A DNA stretch of 32,000 bases from Edaphobacter aggregans (GCF_003945235.1 NZ_RSDW01000001.1:360001-392000), one strand, 5' to 3'; counted from the stretch's first letter, positions 1-8,064 are shown. Notes: a model not told the origin generated them from the letters alone. A program made the numbers and translations.

Positions 1-262
1 TCCCCGGATTCTCCAGCAGCCGTTTCACTTCCCGCTCACCCATCCGAGCCACGGCCTCCGGATCGAACTTATGAAACGCCTCACGAAACGCGTCACGCTT
101 GCGCAAAATTGTGATCCACGACAGCCCCGCCTGGAACCCCTCCAGCATGAGCATCTCCCACAGAGCGCGGCTGTCATGCTCAGGGACTCCCCACTCCTCG
201 TCGTGGTACGCCTGCATCAGCGGATCATTCTCCGCCCACGCACAGCGATGAACCTTCTTCAT
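1..262 (-). CDS. tag: DNA-3-methyladenine glycosylase I, N-terminal part (gene runs off the window start)
   Basis: Absent from the ORF track because no stop lies in the window. Reverse-strand ATG at 262. My translation is MKKVHRCAWAENDPLMQAYHDEEWGVPEHDSRALWEMLMLEGFQAGLSWITILRKRDAFREAFHKFDPEAVARMGEREVKRLLENPG. It matches the conserved Tag N-terminus (E. coli Tag has DPLYIAYHDNEWGVP and LEGQQAGLSWITVLKKR). Confidence 0.9.
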   Translation of the reverse strand, partial: MKKVHRCAWAENDPLMQAYHDEEWGVPEHDSRALWEMLMLEGFQAGLSWITILRKRDAFREAFHKFDPEAVARMGEREVKRLLENPG

Positions 263-284
263 AGCCAACCCCACCGTCCGATTG

Positions 285-539
285 TTACCGAGCCCGCCCC
301 ACCGGCTTCTTCTGCTTCGGCGCCACCACCACAGGAGCCGCCACCTTCACCCCGGACTTCTCATCCATCCATGCATCCAGCAGGCTCTTCTTGAACCGCC
401 ACCGATTCCCCAGTTTGAACGCAGGAACGAAGCCCTCCGAAGCATACCGGTACAGCGTGTCTCCGCTAATGCCCAGATACTCCGACGCCTGCCGGATATC
501 CATCACCTCGCGGGGGACGACCTGAGCTATACCAGCCAT
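285..539 (-). CDS. excisionase-family (MerR-like) helix-turn-helix DNA-binding protein
   Basis: ORF 285..548 starts at a GTG. The ATG at 539 has AGGAGA 9 nt upstream. The core MDIRQASEYLGISGDTLYRYASEGFVPAFKLGNRWRFKKSLLDAWM fits the excisionase-type HTH pattern (xxEAAEYLGVSxxTLYRxxxxGxxPAxKxGxxWRFxxxxLxxW). It has a basic C-terminal tail and ends 22 nt upstream of tag. Confidence 0.75.
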   Translation of the reverse strand: MAGIAQVVPREVMDIRQASEYLGISGDTLYRYASEGFVPAFKLGNRWRFKKSLLDAWMDEKSGVKVAAPVVVAPKQKKPVGRAR

Positions 540-566
540 ACGGAGCACTCTCCTGATTGCAGAAAC

Positions 567-638
567 GAACGGGCGAAAAACCGGGAAGAGCGTGCCAAAC
601 CCGGCACACTCTTTGTATTCCCTTTCTCTCGCCCGTTC
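567..638 (-). terminator. nested stem-loop downstream of pfk, probable intrinsic terminator
   Basis: The outer 10-bp inverted repeat is GAACGGGCGA (567-576) / TCGCCCGTTC (629-638). It encloses an inner hairpin AGAGCGTGCC (587-596) / GGCACACTCT (603-612) with 9 of 10 pairs. On the minus strand the inner hairpin is followed by TCCCGGTTTTT and the outer stem by GTTTCTGC. It lies 58 nt after the pfk stop. Confidence 0.4.
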
Positions 639-695
639 AACAAAAATCGCTTGCTATTAACCAGCAACTAACTGATAACCAAACACTAAACAGTT

Positions 696-1739
696 TTATT
701 TCGAGCCTTTAGGCGGCTGCAGACTCGTCATCACATCCAGCAGATCCTGCCCGACCGTCCTGGTCTTCGCAATCGCATCTGCCAGCGGAATATCCGATAT
801 CTCCGTCCCCTTCAGCACTACCAGCCGGCCGAACTTCCCTTCATGAACCAGATCGATAGCCCTCACGCCATACCGGGTCGCCAGCATCCGGTCGAAAGCC
901 GAAGGCGTACCGCCCCGCTGCGTATGCCCCAGGTTCACGCTGCGAGTCTCGTACTTGGTCCGCTTCTCGATCTCTTCAGCCAGAGCCTGCCCAATCCCGC
1001 TCAACCGAACATGGCCAAACGAGTCTACCGAAGTCCCCACAGTCGCCTGGTCCGACTCCGGAAACTGCGCACCCTCCGCCACCACCACGATCGAGAACTT
1101 CTTCCCATGCTCCCGCCGATACGTCACCAACCGGCAAACCTCCTCGATATCGATCGGCACCTCTGGCACCAGAATCGCATCCGCGCCGCCGGCAATTCCA
1201 GCCGTAATCGCAATCCATCCCGCATCGCGCCCCATCACCTCGCACACCAGCACGCGATTATGCGCCTCCGCGGTCGAGTGCAACCGATCCACCGCCTCCG
1301 TCGCAATCCCCACCGCCGTATCGAACCCGAAGCAAGCATCGGTGCCACTCAAATCGTTATCAATCGTCTTCGGAACCCCAACGCACTTCACCCCGCGCTC
1401 ACTCAGCGCCAAACTGATCGACTGCGTATCGTCCCCACCCAGCGCAATCAGCGCATCCAACTTGTTCTTCTCAATCGTCTCAAGACACTTCTCAAATCCA
1501 CCAGGAATCTTCTTCACATTCGTCCGCGACGACCGCAGAATCGTTCCACCCTTCTGCAAAATCCCCGATGTAGTCTCCAGCGTCAGCGGCATCGTCACAT
1601 CATCGATAACCCCGCGCCACCCTTCCATGAACCCAACAAACTCGTCCCCATGATGCAGGATCCCCTTGCGAACGGCCGCCCGAATTACCGCATTCAGTCC
1701 CGGGCAATCACCGCCACCAGTCAACATTCCAACGCGCAT
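696..1739 (-). CDS. pfkA: 6-phosphofructokinase, PFK-A family (phosphoryl-donor residues look PPi-type)
   Basis: 347 aa. Carries MRVGMLTGGGDCPGLNAVIRA, ALGGDDTQS, PKTIDNDL and MGRDAGWIA, all classical PFK-A motifs. ATG at 1739. Confidence 0.92.
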   Translation of the reverse strand: MRVGMLTGGGDCPGLNAVIRAAVRKGILHHGDEFVGFMEGWRGVIDDVTMPLTLETTSGILQKGGTILRSSRTNVKKIPGGFEKCLETIEKNKLDALIALGGDDTQSISLALSERGVKCVGVPKTIDNDLSGTDACFGFDTAVGIATEAVDRLHSTAEAHNRVLVCEVMGRDAGWIAITAGIAGGADAILVPEVPIDIEEVCRLVTYRREHGKKFSIVVVAEGAQFPESDQATVGTSVDSFGHVRLSGIGQALAEEIEKRTKYETRSVNLGHTQRGGTPSAFDRMLATRYGVRAIDLVHEGKFGRLVVLKGTEISDIPLADAIAKTRTVGQDLLDVMTSLQPPKGSK

Positions 1740-1820
1740 TAAACTCTCCTTTGAACAACGGAAAAATCATACCCCACCAACCACCCCCAATTGTCACCCC
1801 ACAAAAATCTGGCCTCTGTC

Positions 1821-1856
1821 GTTGCTGTTGCAGTTGTTGTTGCAGTTGCAGTTGCT
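1821..1856. repeat. hexanucleotide tandem repeat, 6 units (GTTGCT GTTGCA GTTGTT GTTGCA GTTGCA GTTGCT)
   Basis: Read directly from the sequence. Intergenic, between the MBL hydrolase stop and the pfk start. Confidence 0.9.
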
Positions 1857-1857
1857 T

Positions 1858-1887
1858 GTCATTCTGAGCGAAGCGAAGAACCCCCGC
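1858..1887. repeat. dispersed intergenic element, copy A (GTCATTCTGAGCGAAGCGAAGAACCCCCGC)
   Basis: Shares the GTCATYCTGAGCG head with copies at 10631, 10648, 10665, 11608 and 22766. The tail GCGAAGAAYCC is shared with the copy at 10665. Confidence 0.7.
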
Positions 1888-1923
1888 ATTTCCGAAGGGA
1901 GCGAAGCGGCCCGAGTGCCTTGG

Positions 1924-2979
1924 CTACTTCTCCACCCACCAATCCGACCGAACCTCCACCCCGCGCACAACCTCCGTAGGCAACCCCGGCTCCGGAGACC
2001 AAACCTTAATCCCTCGCTCCCCCGCAACCTCCATAAACCGCTCGATCGGCTGCCGCCAGCCATGCAGTGCCAGATCGAACAGCCCCCAATGAATCGGCAT
2101 CATCACCCCATTCCCACCCATAGCCTCGAACACCCGCGCCGCCCCATCTGGCCCCAGATGAATACTCGCCCACAACTCATTGAACGCCCCAATCTCCAAC
2201 ATCGTCAGATCGAATGGCCCATACACCGCGCCGATCTCCGCGAACCCCTCCCACCACCCCGAGTCCGCGCCATAGTAGACGTTGTGCCCCTTCCCCTTCA
2301 GCACGAACGAAGACCACAGCGTCTCAAACCGGTTAAACATCCCTCGCCCCGAAAAATGCCGAGCAGGCACAGCCGTAATCTCCAGCGCACCTCCAGCAAC
2401 ACCCACACTCTCCGTCCAATCCAGTTCCGTAATCTGCTCACGACGAACCCCAAACCGTCGCAGAATCTCCCCCACACCAAGCGAAGTCACCCACGCCGCC
2501 CCGCGCATCGACTCAAGCCTCGCCAACTCACGAATCGTCGACTCCCCAAGATGGTCATAGTGGTCATGCGATACCAGCACGACATCAATTTCGGGCAACT
2601 CCCCCAGCCGCAACGGAGCAGCAAAGAACCGCTTCGGCCCCACCCAGCGCATCGGAGAAGCCCTCTCGTCCCACACCGGATCGATCAGCACCCTCACCCC
2701 ATCAATCTCCACCAGCATCGTTGAGTGCCCCATCCACGTCACCCGCAGCCCACTCGCCGGAGCCACACCATAAACGGAAACATCAGTAACAAAAGGCCCC
2801 AGCCTTCGTCGAGGCACCTTCTCTTCCTTGGTATTCAAATACAGCGGAAGCACCTTGAAGATCGTGCTCCAATCCCCCACAGACGTCGGGACCGGATTCA
2901 GAAATCTCCGCCCCGCCTTCTCCGCCCGACGCAAACTCGTCGCACCGCGCCCTACACCTAAATCCACTGCAAGACCCAT
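1924..2979 (-). CDS. MBL-fold metallo-hydrolase (NAPE-PLD-like beta-lactamase superfamily)
   Basis: 351 aa. VLVSHDHYDHLG is the HxHxDH metal-binding motif. The N-terminal FLNPVPT and LRVTWMGHSTMLVEIDG are typical of this family. Confidence 0.8.
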   Translation of the reverse strand: MGLAVDLGVGRGATSLRRAEKAGRRFLNPVPTSVGDWSTIFKVLPLYLNTKEEKVPRRRLGPFVTDVSVYGVAPASGLRVTWMGHSTMLVEIDGVRVLIDPVWDERASPMRWVGPKRFFAAPLRLGELPEIDVVLVSHDHYDHLGESTIRELARLESMRGAAWVTSLGVGEILRRFGVRREQITELDWTESVGVAGGALEITAVPARHFSGRGMFNRFETLWSSFVLKGKGHNVYYGADSGWWEGFAEIGAVYGPFDLTMLEIGAFNELWASIHLGPDGAARVFEAMGGNGVMMPIHWGLFDLALHGWRQPIERFMEVAGERGIKVWSPEPGLPTEVVRGVEVRSDWWVEK

Positions 2980-2994
2980 CAGTTCACCCCAGCG

Positions 2995-3786
2995 TCACGG
3001 CAAATAATAGAACGGATTCGGCAACTTCACACTCACCTCCGCCGTCGCCGTCCCCTTCAAGTCACTCCACTGATCTCCAACACTCATCACAATCCGATAT
3101 CCCTGCGCCACAATCTTCTGTCTCTCCTCGCTCTTGTAATCGATCGTCGGCATCGTCTTCTGGGGCCCCGTACGCAACGCCAATCCCCTCCATCCCTTAT
3201 AACCCGCTGCAGCCAGATTACGCTCGGTAGCCTGCCTCAACTCATCTGCCCTGCCCGTGATAAAGAACACATCCACGCCCGCAGCTCGAGCCTTATTGAA
3301 CAGCCGCAGAGCTCCCGGTATCACCATTGCTGACTCAGGCGACGCCATCCAAACGTTATACATCTGCACGATGAACCCATAATCCTCTCGCCTCATCTCG
3401 CAATAGTTCGTCAACGAAGTCTCATCGATATCCAGCACAACCGCCAGCTTCTCGCCCTCCTTCCGCCCAGCCAGCACATGCTCCAGAGCAGCCTCAGCCC
3501 GCACCCACTGCGCATCCAGATCGGCCCAGTAGCATCCGTTCTCGCCGATACACTCCGCATAGTCCTGCAGTCGAAACCGCGCCACGCCAAAATTCGGCAT
3601 GGGCTCCGCCGCAAGCAAAAACGTCGGATCCCCCGCAGCACTCGCAGCCGTAGCCCGAATCGAAGCATCCGTAGGCCGCCCCGGCCGCACTCCGCCACCG
3701 GCACCACACGCCGGAGGCCCCACCTGCGCCGCACACATCCCACCCGTCAGCGCCCAAACGCCAATCAATCTCAAAAAATCACGCAT
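2995..3786 (-). CDS. secreted HAD-superfamily acid phosphatase (class B/C, plant acid phosphatase-like)
   Basis: VVLDIDETSLTNY (DxDxT nucleophile motif) and GDQWSDL (HAD motif IV), plus an N-terminal signal-like segment LRLIGVWALTGGMCAAQ. The track start at 3792 is a GTG lying inside the SD GGAGGTG. The ATG at 3786 is 5 nt after GGAGG. Confidence 0.8.
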   Translation of the reverse strand: MRDFLRLIGVWALTGGMCAAQVGPPACGAGGGVRPGRPTDASIRATAASAAGDPTFLLAAEPMPNFGVARFRLQDYAECIGENGCYWADLDAQWVRAEAALEHVLAGRKEGEKLAVVLDIDETSLTNYCEMRREDYGFIVQMYNVWMASPESAMVIPGALRLFNKARAAGVDVFFITGRADELRQATERNLAAAGYKGWRGLALRTGPQKTMPTIDYKSEERQKIVAQGYRIVMSVGDQWSDLKGTATAEVSVKLPNPFYYLP

Positions 3787-3940
3787 ACTCACCTCCAGCG
3801 ACTATCAAAAAGTCAGCGCTCTTATCCAGTGGAAGCGCAGTGCTTCAGCCCTGCAAAATATCAGCGACTCGACGAGGGGCTTCAGCCCTGGGCCTTTCAC
3901 CTGTTCCGCCGCAGACCTTTCAACGTCAACCAATCCCTCC

Positions 3941-5335
3941 TCAACCAGCCCCGGCATAGTCACATACAAGCAGCGTCAGATCATCGTTTTGTGCAGCAGC
4001 CCATCGCTGCACCGACGACAACACAAGATCAGCAGCCTCAGTGTGCCCCAGCCCCGCACTATCCCGCAACAACGCGCAAAGCCGCTCCTGTCCAAACTCT
4101 TCCTGTTTCCCATCCTCCGCCTCGACAATTCCATCGGTATAGAGCAGCAACCGATCCCCTGCCATCAACGGAAGAACCACAGTCGAGTACTCAGCAAAAT
4201 CAAACGCCGCCAGCATCAGCCCATTCTCCACCACTGGCATCACCTCGCCTCCGCGCAACAACAGCATAGGCGGATGTGCCGCAGCCGAATACCGCAGCTC
4301 CTGCGCCTCGGCATCAAGATGAACATAAGCCGCTGTCACAAACTGATTCTGAGTAATCCCGCACAACGTCGCATTCATCGCAGCAAGCAACTTAGAAGGA
4401 TTCGCCGTATTCACACGCTGCGACGTCGCCGCAATCTTCACCATCGACGCAATGAGCGCAGCCGGCACACCATGTCCCGAGACATCCGCGATCAAAAGTC
4501 CAGTCTGCCGCTCGTCCGAAATCAGAAAGTCGTAGAAGTCCCCAGCGACAGAAGTCATCGGCACATATCGCGCAGCGACGCGAAAATTTGCATTATTCGG
4601 AAACTCACCAGGCAGAATCGACATCTGAATCCGCCGCGCCACATCCAGCTCTTTCTGTATTTCGACCAGCTGCTGATCCCGCTGAATCGTCCGCCGCGCA
4701 GCCACATATCCCAAAGTCGCAAGAAACACCGCAAACCCCAGCGACTCCGTCTTCGAACCGCCTCGGAATAGCCCAATGATGTTGTCGTAGAGAGCAAAAC
4801 CCACAAAAACCAACAGCCCCCGCCGAATCACAACAAAATCCCGGCTGATATTCTCCCCACGTTTCGACTGCACGATCAACGCAATTAGTCCGGCAATGAT
4901 GATGACGTTGTTGATGATCAGAAACTTCAGCGAGGGCCCAAACACAAACGTAGCCGCAACCAGGCACAAAAACACAACGCACAATACGTACCCAATCACT
5001 CTCGCGCCTTTATTCAGAAACCCCGCAGCCTCGAAGAAAAAGAGCGCAGGGATAGGAACCACGTAGTCGATTGAGAACTTCAGGTTTCGAAAGAAGATCG
5101 AGTCCGGCACCAGCAAACTCAGCAAGCCTGATTGCATCCACAATCGACCGCCATACAGAATCGCGAACAGCGCCAGCCACACCAGCAGCGCATCGAACTT
5201 ACGCCGCAACACACAAAACGCTCCAGCAACCAACCCCACTGTTACAAACGCCGCGCCCAGAAACAGACGCAACTCATCGTGATGAAAGACTCGCAGAACC
5301 TGACTGGCAGTAAGTTCTCGATCGATCCCTTGCAT
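3941..5335 (-). CDS. membrane-anchored PP2C/SpoIIE-family serine phosphatase (RsbU-like)
   Basis: 464 aa. The N-terminal ~220 aa has multiple hydrophobic spans. The C-terminal part carries ARRIQMSILP, VAGDFYDF, IADVSGHGVPAAL and LLLYTDGIVEA, which are PPM/SpoIIE motifs. Confidence 0.85.
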   Translation of the reverse strand: MQGIDRELTASQVLRVFHHDELRLFLGAAFVTVGLVAGAFCVLRRKFDALLVWLALFAILYGGRLWMQSGLLSLLVPDSIFFRNLKFSIDYVVPIPALFFFEAAGFLNKGARVIGYVLCVVFLCLVAATFVFGPSLKFLIINNVIIIAGLIALIVQSKRGENISRDFVVIRRGLLVFVGFALYDNIIGLFRGGSKTESLGFAVFLATLGYVAARRTIQRDQQLVEIQKELDVARRIQMSILPGEFPNNANFRVAARYVPMTSVAGDFYDFLISDERQTGLLIADVSGHGVPAALIASMVKIAATSQRVNTANPSKLLAAMNATLCGITQNQFVTAAYVHLDAEAQELRYSAAAHPPMLLLRGGEVMPVVENGLMLAAFDFAEYSTVVLPLMAGDRLLLYTDGIVEAEDGKQEEFGQERLCALLRDSAGLGHTEAADLVLSSVQRWAAAQNDDLTLLVCDYAGAG

Positions 5336-5478
5336 GCGACAGATGCTACATCATCCCCACACCGCAGCCATGTGCACCTCTCTCGACACATAGCCCATCT
5401 ATCTGCCGATCCAAGACAACCCATAGCTATCGCCCCGCATATTAAAGGCATCACGACTCCGGGAATGAGGGAGACGCA

Positions 5479-6300
5479 ATGCGTTCAGTCGTCGCCGTGT
5501 TCTTCCTCCAGATGACCTCGTTCCTCTGGAGCCAGACCCCCACACCTCCTCCTGCAGCCCCAGACACAACCTCACTCGCCAAGCAAACCCAAAACCCCGT
5601 AGGCGACATCGTCTCGGTCCCCTTCCAGTTCAACTTCAACAGCGGCGGCGCCTATCAGGATCAGACCTTCTTCAACCTCAACTTCCAACCCGTCATCCCC
5701 ATTCACCTCACCCACAACTGGACCCTCATCGCCCGAACCATCGTCCCCATCGTCAGCATCCCTACTGGCAACGGCGTCAGCTACAGCGGAGTAGGTGACA
5801 TCCAGCAACAAACCTTTTTTACCCCCGCCCACCCCCGCAAGATCATCTGGGGAATTGGTCCGGCCTTCTCCTTCCCCACCGCCACCGCATATCCAGCCAA
5901 AACAGGCACTTGGGCCATGGGACCCTCCGTCGTCCTTCTCGCCACCCCTGGCCCCTGGGTCCTGGGCTCCCTCTTCGTCCAGTTCTCTCCCCTGACGGAC
6001 GCCAACGGCCCCCCACGCACCAACAACTTCCTCTGGCAGTACTTTGTTAACTACAACTTCGGCAAAGGATGGGCCCTCAGCGCCGCCCCCAGTATCACCG
6101 CCAACTGGGACGCCTCCCGCAGCCAGCGCTGGACCGTCCCCGTCGGCGGAGGCATCAGCCGCACCCTCGTCTTCCAGCGCCAGCCCATGACCCTCGGATT
6201 CCAGTACTACTACAACTCCATCCGCCCCGACAGCGCCAACTCCACCACCCTGCGCTTCAACGTCGCCCTCATTTACCCCCAAAAACCCTCCACTAAATAA
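5479..6300 (+). CDS. putative outer-membrane beta-barrel protein (family assignment tentative, MetA-pathway/phenol-degradation-like transporter fold)
   Basis: 273 aa. ATG with SD GAGGGAGA 5 nt upstream and a signal-like N-terminus. Alternating hydrophobic strands run throughout (LNFQPVIPIHLTHNWTLIARTIVPIV, WALSAAPSITANW, TLRFNVALIYP). The function call is from memory of similar proteins only. Confidence 0.6.
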   Translation: MRSVVAVFFLQMTSFLWSQTPTPPPAAPDTTSLAKQTQNPVGDIVSVPFQFNFNSGGAYQDQTFFNLNFQPVIPIHLTHNWTLIARTIVPIVSIPTGNGVSYSGVGDIQQQTFFTPAHPRKIIWGIGPAFSFPTATAYPAKTGTWAMGPSVVLLATPGPWVLGSLFVQFSPLTDANGPPRTNNFLWQYFVNYNFGKGWALSAAPSITANWDASRSQRWTVPVGGGISRTLVFQRQPMTLGFQYYYNSIRPDSANSTTLRFNVALIYPQKPSTK

Positions 6301-6344
6301 ACCCAGCCCACGCTAACCCGTCTTGCAGCATCCAACAATCCACT

Positions 6345-8039
6345 ATGGATTTCTTCGTACCTCCACAAGAGATCTTGTATCGCTACAGCGACTACATCGA
6401 AGAGTTCCAGGCGATACTAGCGGCGAGCAAAATCAAATTCGGCTCGCCCGACAACTTCACTGCGTTCGCACGCCGCCTGCAATCCGACGACGTCCTCTCC
6501 GCCGATCTCGACCGCATGGTCCGCTCCATCATCCAGCGCGAAACCGGCAACATCTCCCTGCGAACCATCCTCACCATCATCGCCGTAGCCAGCGGAGGCC
6601 CTACCGCAGCCGACCCCAACCGTGACTTCAGCAAGCCGAAGCAGCTCGTCATCGGCGCGATGATCGCCTCTGGCGGCTGCAGCCCCGCTGACGCCGAGCA
6701 TCTCGACGGCCTCTGCCAATCCGCCCCAGCCATCCAGTCAAACGAAACCACCCTACCCAACGATGCCTCTCCCGATATCACCGGATCCCTCACCCGCCTC
6801 GAGCTCAACGCCTCCGAAGCCATGCACTACCTCGACTCCATCGAACAACGAATCGCCCGCATGGAGCCCTTCCTCGAAGCCCTCCCCTTCAGCGAGACCC
6901 CAGCATCTTCGCCAGCCGTGGCCCCTGCCCCACCCCCTCTCGTCGAACCGCCCTTCATCCCAGCCGAACTGCCCACCAACACCAGCCACATCAGAATCAC
7001 TCTGAACGATTCGATAGACCGCTTCGCCGACTTCCTTTTCACCCGCAAATTCGAATTCCGCAATAACTTCTTTACCGGCACATTTACCCGTAGACCGTTC
7101 GGTGTCACATTCCCGAGCAGGTTCTTCAGCTATACATTCGCCTATAAATTCTTCAGGTACAGGGTCACCGACAAGCTCTTCAGCTACCCCTTCGTCCATA
7201 AACTTTTGCACTACAAATTCAGCGATAGACTTTTGAGCAACAATTTCAGCAATAAACTCCTGACTTACAGAGTCGACAACAAATTCATCCAGAGAGCCGT
7301 CGCCGTTCCCCTATCTTTGGCAGCAGTAGTCGGCACCACCCTCCTCTACCTCAGCATCGAACACAACCACCACCCGGTCATCCAGCCACCCACCGCGCCC
7401 ACAACCGAAGCCTCCGCCATCCCACCCATCAAAATAACCAATAAGCCTCAGCTAACCGTAACCGCCGACCCACTAGACAAATCGACAAATGAACCCACCG
7501 TCAAACAGCAGCCGCACAAACCCTCTCCCTATCTGTCACAAACCTCCACCGTCACCCCGAGCCATCCTCAACGCCTGACGGAGCCCGCCCCGGCCAGCCC
7601 ATCGTCCTCCGCCGCGGCAGCCATCGCACCTGCAGCATCCCACGCCACCACCGAAGACGAGACTCCAACCCCAACCGCCACAACGTCTTCCCACAGCGTC
7701 AGATACGCCTTGACCAGCCTCCCCTCGAAGCTCCGGCTATCTCCCTCCCACACCATCGACGTCTCCTCCGGAGTCATGGCCTCCAACCTGGTCTCCGCGA
7801 CCCCACCCACCTATCCCAAGCTGGCCAGCCTCACACACATGCAGGGAAAGGTAGTCATGGAAGCCATCATCGCCAAAAACGGAACCGTCCAGAGCCTACA
7901 GGTCCTCGAGGGCCACCATCTCCTACGCAGCGCCGCCAAAAACGCCGTACGCTCCTGGCGCTATCGCCCCTACCTCATCGACGACAAACCCGTCGAAGTC
8001 GCCACCATCGTCACCGTAGACTTCAACCTCCCACACTGA
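6345..8039 (+). CDS. TonB C-terminal-domain protein with a long N-terminal cytoplasmic region, one TM segment and a Pro/Thr/Ser-rich linker
   Basis: 564 aa. The C-terminus PPTYPKLASLTHMQGKVVMEAIIAKNGTVQSLQVLEGHHLLRSAAKNAVRSWRYRPYLIDDKPVEVATIVTVDFNL is a TonB_C domain. There is a single TM (AVAVPLSLAAVVGTTLLYLSI) and a P/T/S/A-rich spacer between the TM and TonB_C. Confidence 0.8.
   Translation: MDFFVPPQEILYRYSDYIEEFQAILAASKIKFGSPDNFTAFARRLQSDDVLSADLDRMVRSIIQRETGNISLRTILTIIAVASGGPTAADPNRDFSKPKQLVIGAMIASGGCSPADAEHLDGLCQSAPAIQSNETTLPNDASPDITGSLTRLELNASEAMHYLDSIEQRIARMEPFLEALPFSETPASSPAVAPAPPPLVEPPFIPAELPTNTSHIRITLNDSIDRFADFLFTRKFEFRNNFFTGTFTRRPFGVTFPSRFFSYTFAYKFFRYRVTDKLFSYPFVHKLLHYKFSDRLLSNNFSNKLLTYRVDNKFIQRAVAVPLSLAAVVGTTLLYLSIEHNHHPVIQPPTAPTTEASAIPPIKITNKPQLTVTADPLDKSTNEPTVKQQPHKPSPYLSQTSTVTPSHPQRLTEPAPASPSSSAAAAIAPAASHATTEDETPTPTATTSSHSVRYALTSLPSKLRLSPSHTIDVSSGVMASNLVSATPPTYPKLASLTHMQGKVVMEAIIAKNGTVQSLQVLEGHHLLRSAAKNAVRSWRYRPYLIDDKPVEVATIVTVDFNLPH
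7047..7289 (+). repeat. nine tandem 27-bp units encoding degenerate nonapeptide repeats (inside the TonB-C CDS)
   Basis: In-frame units are KFEFRNNFF, TGTFTRRPF, GVTFPSRFF, SYTFAYKFF, RYRVTDKLF, SYPFVHKLL, HYKFSDRLL, SNNFSNKLL and TYRVDNKFI. Column 4 is F or V, column 7 is mostly K or R, and columns 8-9 are FF, LF, LL, PF or FI. Confidence 0.85.
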
Positions 8040-8064
8040 CTCACGCCCTCAAAATTCGTGAGGC

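Noticed and set aside
285-548. The excisionase-type HTH gene as a marker of a prophage or integrative element.
   Set aside because: The window contains no integrase, recombinase, phage structural gene, tRNA target or flanking direct repeats. The surrounding genes are housekeeping.
8040-8062. A small hairpin (CTCACG / CGTGAG, 11-nt loop) between the convergent TonB-C and LRR genes, considered as a bidirectional terminator.
   Set aside because: The stem is only 6 bp, there is no flanking T- or A-tract, and the left arm begins directly after the stop codon. This is too weak to annotate.
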